Of a stretch of 44,328 bases of DNA, positions 22,993 through 33,269 are shown piece by piece. The stretch is from Octopus bimaculoides (lineage: Eukaryota). The DNA is taken from NCBI RefSeq assembly GCF_001194135.2, contig NC_068987.1, positions 36,950,430 through 36,994,757 on the forward strand, in the 5' to 3' direction. Position 1 is the stretch's first letter; every line of letters begins with the position of its first letter. The notes beneath the pieces were generated by a model that saw only the letters and a program-made list of their open reading frames with translations, had not been told where the DNA came from and ran no database searches. The position numbers and the translations under genes were made by a program.

Positions 22993-23019
22993 GTATGTAT
23001 AATATTCGATGCAATATTT

Positions 23020-23180
23020 GGTAATGGCCTTTTACATTCTCGGTTCAAATCCTGCCGAAGTCGACATGGTGTTTCATAGCTCTGGAATCGATGTAATAAG
23101 AAGCAACTGAGGCATTAGTTAGTGTGATTGACCCATCCCCCATGGTTGAGACATTTTGTCCAAAAAATGTTAGAGATCAG
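23020..23180 (+). mobile_element. SINE family B, degenerate
   Basis: 'tttacattctcggttcaaatcctgccgaagtcgac...tttcat...gtcgatgtaataag'-like segments. Confidence 0.6.
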
Positions 23181-24679
23181 TATAAATGACAGTTGGTGGA
23201 CGGAATTATTGTGGTTGTCGTCTACTGCTAGCATTATCAACAACGGGCAGAAGTAGAAGAATGCTTACAATCATGTGTGTTTAAGTGTTTACATTTGCAA
23301 TTATGTTGATCGGTAGCTGGTATAGTCTGTGTATGTCAGTGTTTGTATATATGCGAGAGCGCGAGATGTGCGTACGTACGTGAGCATATGTTTTTTGTGT
23401 ATATATGTGTATGTATGTGTGTATGTGTGTGGGACGTGTATGTGTGTATGAATGTGTGTGGTTGTGTAGGATTTCTGTGTGCGCATGTTTTGTGCGCTTG
23501 AAATAATGCTGCTGTCGGGAATAGGACGAACAGTATGTTGATTTCTTCAGGGCATCTTCTCTGTGTCTAGGAAATAGAAGGGATGGCTACAGATGGAACA
23601 CTCTACATGATACTTTTCATCTAGGCTGACTAAATATAAGCAGACACGAAAAACTTGGAGCGTTTAGATGAGATGGAAACACCTACAATGACAGCAGTGA
23701 AACCTGTGTTGTTTCAGGAGGCGAGAGAGACAGGAAGGACAGAGAGAGGGGAGATGGAGAGAAAGAGAGGCGGGGGAGGGAGAGACGGAGAGAAAGAGAA
23801 TGAAAGAGAGCGAGGGAGAGAGAGAGAGTGAGAGAATACACGCAGAAGAAAAATGGAAATATTCTATTGGCATAACGCATAATGTTACAAAATACTGTGT
23901 ACACAGACTGGTGGTTGACAGGATATAAATTCGAGAACATATGAAACCCGTTTTCAACAAAGCAGACGAAAATGTCACTCATCGAAAGTTTGTTTACATT
24001 TCAAAATAATATGACAATCGTAAATAAAAAGTCGACAGCGTATGACTAAACACTTCTATATAAGGATACTATGGAAATTAGCGGCAAATCAATGAGAAAA
24101 TAGCGTCAGATTTCCGATAAAAACCGTTAAAAATATTACAACATAATAGTAATGTCTTTAGAAATTCTCTAAGTTGAGGGTGGGAAATAGTTGGTGTGCT
24201 ATTCTTCAGTAAATGTTTTCTAACATAGGTTCTGCACTAGAGTTGATCAAATGGAAATATGGCTGATGTAGTGGTCAGTTTATAAGATGACATTCTAAGG
24301 TGTTATTAAGTAACAACTATGTAGTAGAGGGCAACTGGATGTTGGAATGGTGTAAGTTATACATAGAAGACGTGTGAACACAACTGGAAGGTTTCAGTAT
24401 GGGACACCTAAAGTTGAACAATAACAATTATATGTGGTTAGAGCTTACAAGTAAACTTCTACGTCAGTAATTTTTAAATGTTCCTCTATTCTTTACCTCT
24501 GTATAATCACTATAAAAGACCTGCCACTAGAATAACGCTGTCTATTAAATATGATATTAACAGTAGCGTGTGTGCAAATCGTCGCCGTTGCAGCGCGTTG
24601 GTGACACTGCAGCGAAAGTCTACTCGATTACACGTGAATTCTGCCATTAGATGAAGCTATAGTGCTACTTCATTCTGAA

Positions 24680-24770
24680 TTTTCCATGACCTTTTCTTGA
24701 CAACGACATTGGTGGTTTGCCATTGTCTTCCCTAACTAGATGGCCGTTGGCCCACAAGGAGCTCATCGGC
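24680..24770 (-). mobile_element. RTE-associated repeat motif
   Basis: Reverse complement 'gggaagacaatggcaaaccacc...gtcaagaaaaggtcatgga' resembles the GGCAATGGCAAACCAC motif of RTE/BovB-type elements and their SINEs. Confidence 0.35.
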
Positions 24771-25149
24771 CTTCGATATGTCTTTTTAGTCTTACTGGGT
24801 GTCCAGAAACCAGAAGAGCCGTACGCTACTCAAGTGGGAGAGCCGGCTTAGTCGCCGGCTAGTCGACCTAGGAACAGGTAGTACTAGGATTACATAATAC
24901 TAGTTACATGGAAAATGTAAATGGATCTCAGAATTTCTGATCACGAATATTCAGTTGTTCTATCAAGTTAACAACCGTACTTAGCATGTAAGTGGTTGAG
25001 TATTCAACAGACACTTGCAATACTCAGATGGAATCAGCATGGCGAGAGTTGTCGGATAGCTTATACAAATAATTTAAGGGCCTTTAAATTATTAGCACAA
25101 CCTATCCGACAGAGAGGCATACAAAAAATCAAACATGTCCATGATGCCA

Positions 25150-25222
25150 GACAGCGGAAGCAAACGAGTCCTTATGATTGCAAAGAGAAGTTCTTAACCA
25201 TTCGGCCATACTACACCTACAT
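25150..25222 (-). mobile_element. tRNA-derived SINE head, degenerate
   Basis: Reverse complement 'ggtgtagtatggccgaatggttaagaacttc' contains an A box (TGGCCGAATGG). Confidence 0.45.
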
Positions 25223-25361
25223 GTGTGTGCGAATGTGTTGTGTGAGTGTGGGTGTTTATGCATATGTGTGTGTTTGGATGCATGTATGTAACGTGCATGT
25301 GAATGTAATGTGCATGGGCATGTAACGTCCATGTATGTATGTAAACGTGCATGTGTGCTAT

Positions 25362-25589
25362 ATATCTTTTATCTTTTATTTGTTCCTTGTTTCATTCATT
25401 GGACTGCGGCCATGCTGGGGAGCTGCTTTGAAGGGTTTTAATCAAACATATCGACCCCAGTATTTTTTCTTTTAGATCTTTTGCCGAACCACTTGTTTAC
25501 AGTGACATAAATAAACCAACACCCGATGTCAAACGGAGTGTGAGACAAGCACTTTCGCAGACTTACACACGCCCACACGCATATATATA

Positions 25590-25653
<64 letters not shown>

Positions 25654-26520
25654 CTCTAGCTTTTAATAACTTAGTTTCTTCCTCAGAGAAAAGAGCTGAT
25701 TTCTAACAATGATACAACGCTCCATCGTTGAAATGTAAATAATAAAAATAATGTCACATTTTAAACTTGAGTAAGTCTTGCATATTTTTACTGTTCCACT
25801 TACAGATTGTATCTGCAATGTGCGAGTTAGTTGGTTGATTTCTTTCTCCGAAAATCAAAGTTTATCCAGACTGACAATTGGGCATTTACTCACAAAACCA
25901 AGTGCACCAATTATTATTAGTATAAATGTAAATTAATAACTTGGATATAGAAGCTGGAAGTTTCGTAGCAGTTAGCCATTGTTACCCTCTTTCTTTTTGA
26001 TTTTCAAAGAGATAATCACAACAGCAGGACAGCTGACCTCTATGACGGTTTTTCTTGTGTCTCAAGCAACAATATCCAGCCTGTTATGTTTACACTCCTA
26101 CTGTTGATGTTTATTTATGTATTCAATAGCAGCGGGGTTCTCTATATTTATTCAAGGACAGTCTTTTCTCCGAATGGCATCGTATATTGTTTTTGTGACA
26201 ACGTCATGTCGCATAGGGAAGTGGTACCTTGATGACATTTTTGGGCAGGTCATCCTGGAACTCCAAGGGCTTTACTACCTCTCTTATTTATTAGGAATTT
26301 AGTAGTACGTATGTACGTATGCAGGTATATGCATATATATTACGGGCTTCTTTCAGTTTCCGTCTACCAAATCTACGCTCAAAGCTTTGGTCTTCCCGGA
26401 GCTGTAGTACAAGACACTTGCCTAAGGTACCACGCAGAGGGATTGAACCAGGAACCATTTGGCTGAGAAAGAAGCTTCTTACCACACAGTAACATCTGTC
26501 TCCACATAGCACGCCTGCAT
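25362..26520 (-). mobile_element. SINE family A split by a LINE insertion (head 26342-26520, tail 25362-25575)
   Basis: Both halves match the intact copy at 12476-12935 in the same orientation and correct order. Confidence 0.75.
25651..26300 (-). mobile_element. RLE LINE family 2, 5'-truncated 3' fragment
   Basis: TCPKMSSRYHFPMRHDVVTKTIYDAIRRKDCP, KHNRLDIVA, IEVSCPA, LLRNFQLLYPSY, LIIGALGFV, LQIQSVSGTVKICKT, then a 3' UTR ending on (CA)n. Confidence 0.85.
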
Positions 26521-26567
26521 CTCAAAAATGGAACACTTCATGAATAATATATATATATATCGATGAA

Positions 26568-26600
26568 TAGACAGACTGACAGACAGACAGACAGACAGAC

Positions 26601-26660
<60 letters not shown>
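26568..26660. repeat. (GACA)n(GATA)n microsatellite
   Basis: Direct reading. Confidence 0.95.
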
Positions 26661-26743
26661 GCATACGCACATACAAATATACATACATGCATATATATAT
26701 ATATATATATATACATATATAAGTATGTACATACATACATACG

Positions 26744-27399
26744 ACACTATAATGAAATCTGTCGGAAGGATAATCCCTAGGACAAAGAAATAAAAACTCA
26801 CAATATGGTAGAAGCCATAGCCACTTATAATAGAAGGGGATACTGGTGGAATGTACCAGTGAAGACCTCAATAAAGTGTAAGCACAAAAGACCTGATTTA
26901 ATGATTTGGGATAGAGAAGAGAAACTGCACAGTTGCGGAAATTAGCTGCCCAGCATGCTGAACTACTGAGAAATCTGCAATTACTTTATCCAGATTACAA
27001 GTTCATGTTTATACCTGTAATTATTGGGGCCCTGGGATATATAACATACTGCCTAAATACCAATCTTGAGAAATTAGACTTCTCAATACCAGAAAGGTAA
27101 AAGCTAATTCGAAGACTACAGATCCAATCCAGCACTGAAACTGTAAAAAATCTATAAAACTTTCCAGAAGTTTATCATTTAAATATATATGAGTATGTCT
27201 AGATATGTAAACTATATTCATGAGAATACCTACATAAAACATACAAATCTGCACATACATACATGCATACATATATACATACATACATACAAACATACAT
27301 ACAAAAATAGCCCGTTGTTGATGCTGAATTTCCAATGAAGGATCTAGTTTAGAAACCGGTTCTTTATTGGCAAGAAATCTTGAAATAAACTGGATAATG

Positions 27400-27428
<29 letters not shown>
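26744..27428 (+). mobile_element. RLE LINE family 2, 5'-truncated copy with complete 3' UTR and (ACAT)n tail
   Basis: YNEICRKDNP, WWNVPVKTSIKCKHKRPDLMIWDREEK, LLRNLQLLYPDYKFMFIPVIIGALGY, LIRRLQIQS, TFQKFII*; (ACAT)n on both flanks. Confidence 0.9.
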
Positions 27429-27446
<18 letters not shown>

Positions 27447-27529
27447 NNNNNNNNNNNNNNNNNNNNNNNNNNNNNNNNNNNNNNNNNNNNNNNNNNNNNN
27501 NNNNNNNNNNNNNNNNNNNNNNNNNNNNN
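27447..27529. other. Assembly gap
   Basis: N run. Confidence 0.99.
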
Positions 27530-27914
27530 TATACGTACATACATATACACGTGTTCTAGCTAACAGTTAGTTCATACAGTTGAAGGAGGCCTACTGTAAT
27601 TTAAATAAAGAATAATATTGCCATATATATATATATATAGATATATATATATATATATATACACATACTAATAGATCTATGTGTATACATATGTATACAT
27701 ATGTTCGTACGTATGTGTATGCAGGAGTGTACGTCTGTGTTTGCCTGTGTGTATGAGTATGAGTTGTCCGTGTTAGAATCTGTGTGTGTGTGTGTATGTG
27801 TGTGTAAGAATGAAACTCTGAATGTCAAAACTATTTCTGAATATCTAACATAATTATTGGTTAAACTTTGAATAATTATAGCAAATAAAACTGTTCTGAC
27901 TCATCATAGAAACA

Positions 27915-29296
27915 TACTTTGTTGTTGATGTTTTATCGCTGTTACAGATGTGTTGGTGTTGGAGGTAGTGGTTGTAGTGCTGCTGTTGGTGGTAGTTGTG
28001 GTACTGTGGTGGCGTATGTGGTGATGCTGCTGCTGTCTGCTTATCGTGTTTTTTTAGGTTTTGTAATAGTTGTTCTGATCGCAATGTTTGTAACGTGGGT
28101 GGCAGTAAGAGTGGAGATGTTGCTGTTGTTGCTGATGTTATATGTTGCTTTTGTTATTATTTATGTTGCTGTTCGTGGTGGAGGTGGTGGTCGTGGTGGT
28201 CGTTGTCGTCGTCGTTGTTGTTGTTTGTGGTGGTGGTGGATGGTGGTGTTGGATGGTGGTGGTGGTGGTGGTGGTCGTCGTCGTCGTCGTCGTCGTCNNN
28301 NNNNNNNNNNNNNNNNNNNNNNNNNNNNNNNNNNNNNNNNNNNNNNNNNNNNNNNNNNNNNNNNNNNNNNNNNNNNNNNNNNNNNNNNNNNNNNNNNNNN
28401 NNNNNNNNNNNNNNNNNNNNNNNNNNNNNNNNNNNNNNNNNNNNNNNNNNNNNNNNNNNNNNNNNNNNNNNNNNNNNNNNNNNNNNNNNNNNNNNNNNNN
28501 NNNNNNNNNNNNNNNNNNNNNNNNNNNNNNNNNNNNNNNNNNNNNNNNNNNNNNNNNNNNNNNNNNNNNNNNNNNNNNNNNNNNNNNNNNNNNNNNNNNN
28601 NNNNNNNNNNNNNNNNNNNNNNNNNNNNNNNNNNNNNNNNNNNNNNNNNNNNNNNNNNNNNNNNNNNNNNNNNNNNNNNNNNNNNNNNNNNNNNNNNNNN
28701 NNNNNNNNNNNNNNNNNNNNNNNNNNNNNNNNNNNNNNNNNNNNNNNNNNNNNNNNNNNNNNNNNNNNNNNNNNNNNNNNNNNNNNNNNNNNNNNNNNNN
28801 NNNNNNNNNNNNNNNNNNNNNNNNNNNNNNNNNNNNNNNNNNNNNNNNNNNNNNNNNNNNNNNNNNNNNNNNNNNNNNNNNNNNNNNNNNNNNNNNNNNN
28901 NNNNNNNNNNNNNNNNNNNNNNNNNNNNNNNNNNNNNNNNNNNNNNNNNNNNNNNNNNNNNNNNNNNNNNNNNNNNNNNNNNNNNNNNNNNNNNNNNNNN
29001 NNNNNNNNNNNNNNNNNNNNNNNNNNNNNNNNNNNNNNNNNNNNNNNNNNNNNNNNNNNNNNNNNNNNNNNNNNNNNNNNNNNNNNNNNNNNNNNNNNNN
29101 NNNNNNNNNNNNNNNNNNNNNNNNNNNNNNNNNNNNNNNNNNNNNNNNNNNNNNNNNNNNNNNNNNNNNNNNNNNNNNNNNNNNNNNNNNNNNNNNNNNN
29201 NNNNNNNNNNNNNNNNNNNNNNNNNNNNNNNNNTGGTGGTGGTTGTGGTGGTGGTGGTGGTGGTGGTCGTCGTCGTCGTCGTCGTCGTCGTCGTGA
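27915..29296. repeat. (GTT)/(GGT)/(GTC) low-complexity tract spanning the gap at 28298-29233
   Basis: Direct reading; the long ORFs called here are artefacts of triplet repeats plus Ns. Confidence 0.9.
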
Positions 29297-29997
29297 CGGT
29301 AGTGTTGATATTGACAGTAACGATGCTAGAAACGGCAATGTCTGCTGTCGTGATGATGGCTTGTTTTAAGTATGATTATATTTGATGGAGATATGTCACT
29401 GTTAGCGTCGTTACTATTGGTGTCTAGTGCCAAATTACCTCTGCTACGTAGGTAGAAAGTTAAAAGTCGAAATAACATCTACGGACCAATGGTCCTATAT
29501 ACCTGAATCCCTCCCTTACAATGAGCACAAACATATACTTTGCGATTCCTTGGTTTCAGATTCAATCCTGTATCACCATATATTGAAGTACAAGTGTTTT
29601 CGTTTTTAGCTTGGGCTACACCAAAGTGAAATTCGATAAAAGTAAACCGTGCTCGAAGCCTATAAAAGTATAGCTCTTGTCCGTTGCCAAGTTTAACGCA
29701 ATCAGCTGACTTGTGGATGGTACCTTTAGCCGAATTCACTCTGCCGTGAGTATTCGAGGCAACCTTCTCGTCTGAGGATAACGCCCTCCTCACCTCACCT
29801 ATATTCCTGACCTTGGAAAAGGTCACGTTAGCTGAACTACCATTTCACTAGGTAATGTCAGGCATGAACAAATATTGTGTACTCCGAGTTATATTGGTGA
29901 ACGTCACAGTCTGGGCATTGCTGAAGACATTAATAGTAATGGTTAATTGGTTGCGAAGATGATAAGAATATTATTGCTTTTGTTAGTACTGTAGTCG

Positions 29998-30000
29998 ACG

Positions 30001-30047
<47 letters not shown>
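29998..30047. repeat. (GTT)n microsatellite
   Basis: Direct reading. Confidence 0.95.
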
Positions 30048-30390
30048 ACTACTGCTGCTGCTGTTGTTGTGCTACCAGAATCATTACTCAAAGCGCTCAC
30101 CTAGGGATGGGGGTAAATAGTCAGCTGAAAGATCTTTGTTCAAGGTGTACCATGACACAGCCTAACTTGAGACCATTCTGTATGTTCCGATATGCAGTGG
30201 TTTGCATAATGGAATGTAGTGTCACAATTTCAACATTAGCAGAATTCATGGGATAACTGTATCAGTTCAATTATCACGAGGAATAAATAACTTAACGTTT
30301 CAGAATTCTAAAAATTAACGCCAGAACAAAACACTAGTGGAAGATCTCTCAAAACAAACTGACTGGAGTAAAGTAGTAAGTGATACTAAC

Positions 30391-30435
30391 TATACCAGTA
30401 AAGCGCCTGTTCATAACAGGCGCTTTACTCGTATA
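30391..30435. repeat. 45-bp near-perfect inverted repeat
   Basis: tatac[c]agtaaagcgcctgtt-cat-aacaggcgctttact[c]gtata: 21-bp arms with one mismatch, 3-nt spacer. Confidence 0.95.
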
Positions 30436-30461
30436 TAATATTAAAGCTAAGTGTATCTCAG

Positions 30462-30545
30462 TTGTATCTTCTGCTGATGTAGACCCTAATCACCCTTGTA
30501 GGGGGTATGTGAGACCCAAAGGAGTCCTGAACCTGTATCTTCCAA
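30462..30545 (+). CDS. Candidate host exon 1 (VSSADVDPNHPCRGYVRPKGVLNLYLP)
   Basis: tatctcag| acceptor, |gtaagt donor, 84 nt, one open frame (phase 1 to phase 1). No protein recognised. Confidence 0.35.
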
Positions 30546-31373
30546 GTAAGTGAGAACATTCAAAAAGCTTTTACTTTTGATTAGTTCGATACAAGTACAT
30601 TTGATGTCATTTGCTTTCGAATGAAAATTTTCAATCATACTTGCAACTGTTTCGTATCTGTTAGGTATTCTGTTTATATCAATGTAAATCCTTTAACATC
30701 ATCTTATTTCAGATATATTTCAAAAATACTTAAGAACAAAAAGAAAATCATCAAATTTTATATCAAAAGTTTGTATAATATTGCATATCCCACAATTCAG
30801 CAAAGCTACCAAAGATTTAAAGAAATGCATTAAATAGTTTTACAATTTCTGAAAGTGTTTTAAAACTTGTTATGAAATAATATATCAAACTATGTCGTGA
30901 GGTAAATACCACCATAACCGATATCCAAACTACAGTGGAGAAGGCTAGCCACTGAATTTGGTTAAAAAGAGACGATGAACGATGGCTAGAGAAATATTGA
31001 GCTTTATTTAATAACCAGTTGATCTTGCAAGCGGGGCCTCATATCAGTAAGGGGGGGGGCGCATTGATGCCGTCGAGAGGTAGGCCCCGAAACGGCGCGT
31101 ATTCTCTCCTGATGACCCATACACTTGCTGGCTTTCGGTATGCGGAGTTCTCGACTGGTAGCACTTGCATGTGCAAGTTGTTTGCAAGACATGTCATTTG
31201 ACTTGGAAACGTGTATGAGCCATTTATTAGGCTATATTCAGATACATAAGCATGTTCATTTCACTTTTATTTTGTTACATTTGCACAATGAGAACATATT
31301 TCATGCGATTAAAAACATCTTTTACAAGAATAACGTAGTTGAAACTCAAGCAAGCCGTTTGTCTTCCTCATAG

Positions 31374-31402
31374 ACTTTCCTGGTTTCAATAGTTTTGCAG
31401 AG
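31374..31402 (+). CDS. Candidate host mini-exon 2 (FPGFNSFAE)
   Basis: gtttgtcttcctcatag| acceptor, GAG|gtatga donor, 29 nt; two frames are open. Confidence 0.35.
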
Positions 31403-31552
31403 GTATGATTGGTTCATGGGCTGTAATCCAAATTCTTGCTCGAAACATGTCTCTTTGATATCTTGGTCTTATCCATCACTCGTTGGAGACATTCTCTAAT
31501 TCTTTAGTCTTGTGAGAGAAAATCTTTATACTCAATTGATCGGAACCATTAG

Positions 31553-31655
31553 TACAAGACTCACTGGATACAAATTGAAGATAAAATGCACCACAACCTT
31601 TTTCAAATTGTTGTGATAATTGACTTGTGTTGTAACGGCAGCTATGAATTCTTCG
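31553..31655 (+). CDS. Candidate host exon 3 (YKTHWIQIEDKMHHNLFQIVVIIDLCCNGSYEFF)
   Basis: Weak acceptor (accattag|), TCG|gtaggt donor; phase-compatible with its neighbours. Confidence 0.25.
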
Positions 31656-31959
31656 GTAGGTTTGTCCTTCATCTTGAAACAACATTGTTTCTATTAATCA
31701 TGAAAGTTGATGTGGTGTTGTCTGAACCAAAGAAAGCATAAAAGATAGTCACACCTTTACATGTAGTCTCCCCTAAGTCTGAAGATTCTTTTCTAATTTT
31801 GGAATAAAATCAACATTTATGAGTTGAAATTTGCAGTGAAGAAGTTATGGAAATGACTGAGCAGTATTTCTTCAATATCTGTGTATGTGGTATGAACTAT
31901 CCCAAAGATAATATATTGGAGGACAGGAAGATAATGTACCAGAGTATCTATTTCCTCAG

Positions 31960-32066
31960 AATTGCATTACCCAGTTGTTGTCTCATTTTCTGCGTTGAGT
32001 TCGTGGCATCAGAAAATGAGCAGACCAATAGTTGTGGAACTGAACTTCCTTAAGTTTTGTCGAAAG
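31960..32066 (+). CDS. Candidate host exon 4 (LHYPVVVSFSALSSWHQKMSRPIVVELNFLKFCRK)
   Basis: ctatttcctcag| acceptor, AAG|gtatgt donor, 107 nt open frame. Confidence 0.4.
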
Positions 32067-32309
32067 GTATGTAAATAACTCTTTCTTTTTATCTGTATTT
32101 GCCAAAATCTATGCCAGTTTCCTGGGATCTTAGCCCTATCAGACACGTGTTGTTGTGTACTTATTTGATTTTCTTTTGTTCTACTTTTGTCAGTGTATAA
32201 TAGTGATACCAGACAATATCTACTCGTGTTGCTCTTTTTTAACTATACCGGATTTTGTGGGGAGAAAACTTTGTTGAAATATTCATGAAAAGACATTTTC
32301 CCTACACAG

Positions 32310-32420
32310 TTGTTTCAGGATAAGATCCTCATTACCAGTCAGGTCATTGATTTGATTAGGTCTCAGAATGGAATGCAAACAAGTTTCTTAGGAATTGAGA
32401 ATCTTGAAGAAAATTCATGA
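32310..32420 (+). CDS. Candidate terminal host exon 5 (LFQDKILITSQVIDLIRSQNGMQTSFLGIENLEENS*)
   Basis: ttttccctacacag| acceptor, phase 0, open to TGA at 32418-32420. Confidence 0.3.
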   Translation: MFQDKILITSQVIDLIRSQNGMQTSFLGIENLEENS

Positions 32421-33269
32421 AGTACAAAATTCAATCAACTTTCCAAAGAAACAAATATATGTACGTGTATAAAGTTTTATGTTGTTTATGTTGTTGTTTT
32501 GCTCTTTTCTTGACTGATATCTTCGGTTGGAATTTCTATTCGTGGAAAAGCAACAGCGTTATTTTTTATTTTGCTGTTATTTTTGTTTTTGTTGTTGTTT
32601 TTTTATTTTCGCTTTCAAAGGGAAATCAATTTTGTTGAACCAATTTTTTTCTACAAGCTTTTATATTATTCTTCTCTGGTGGATTCTAAAACTCATACTT
32701 TATTGTTCAGTGTTGCCAGATTTCCTCAGTTTTCTTTATCCCAAGTGACTTCCTGCAAATCTATAACATTACACTAAAAACGATTTTGAGAAGCACTTCC
32801 TCTCGATGACAAAGCTTTTCACTATTATCTCCATCTGTTACTCGACAGCACAGTTAATCTCAGGGCTAATCAGAATCTAGCAATGACACCAATAACTCCG
32901 CCAACTCATTCCACTTTTATTTTATACATTTTATCCTTTTTTGTTTTTGTGCTGATTGTTTGGAGTCCTTGGCGAGTTGAGTCTGACGACTTTATAATTT
33001 ATATTTATTGGTAATTTTTTTTCTTCCTAAGAATTTTAAACTATCTCTAAAATAAAACGACGTTGAAGGTTTTGGTCCGATACAATAAGCACACTTCATT
33101 ATAGATGTTATTGCCTTATTGCCATGGTTAACCGTGTCCTAATTTTTTCTTACATGTGGCTTCACAAGAGATTTCTGCTCCAAGATACCTGTATAATTCG
33201 ACCTACTCGAGTCTCTCACTACCCAGATTAATGTTAACATTTACTTTCTCTTTTCTTTCTACCTTCACG

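Noticed and set aside
27919-29385. Long ORFs of 384-488 aa (also 13175-14200 and others spanning N runs)
   Set aside because: They consist of N-gap codons plus triplet microsatellites; there is no coding evidence.
31076-31125. Hammerhead-like words GAAAC...GTA and CTGATGA
   Set aside because: The order and stems fit no hammerhead topology: no G10.1-C11.1 pair after CTGATGA and no stem I hairpin. A SECIS or box C/D reading also fails (short helix, no AAR loop, no paired D box).
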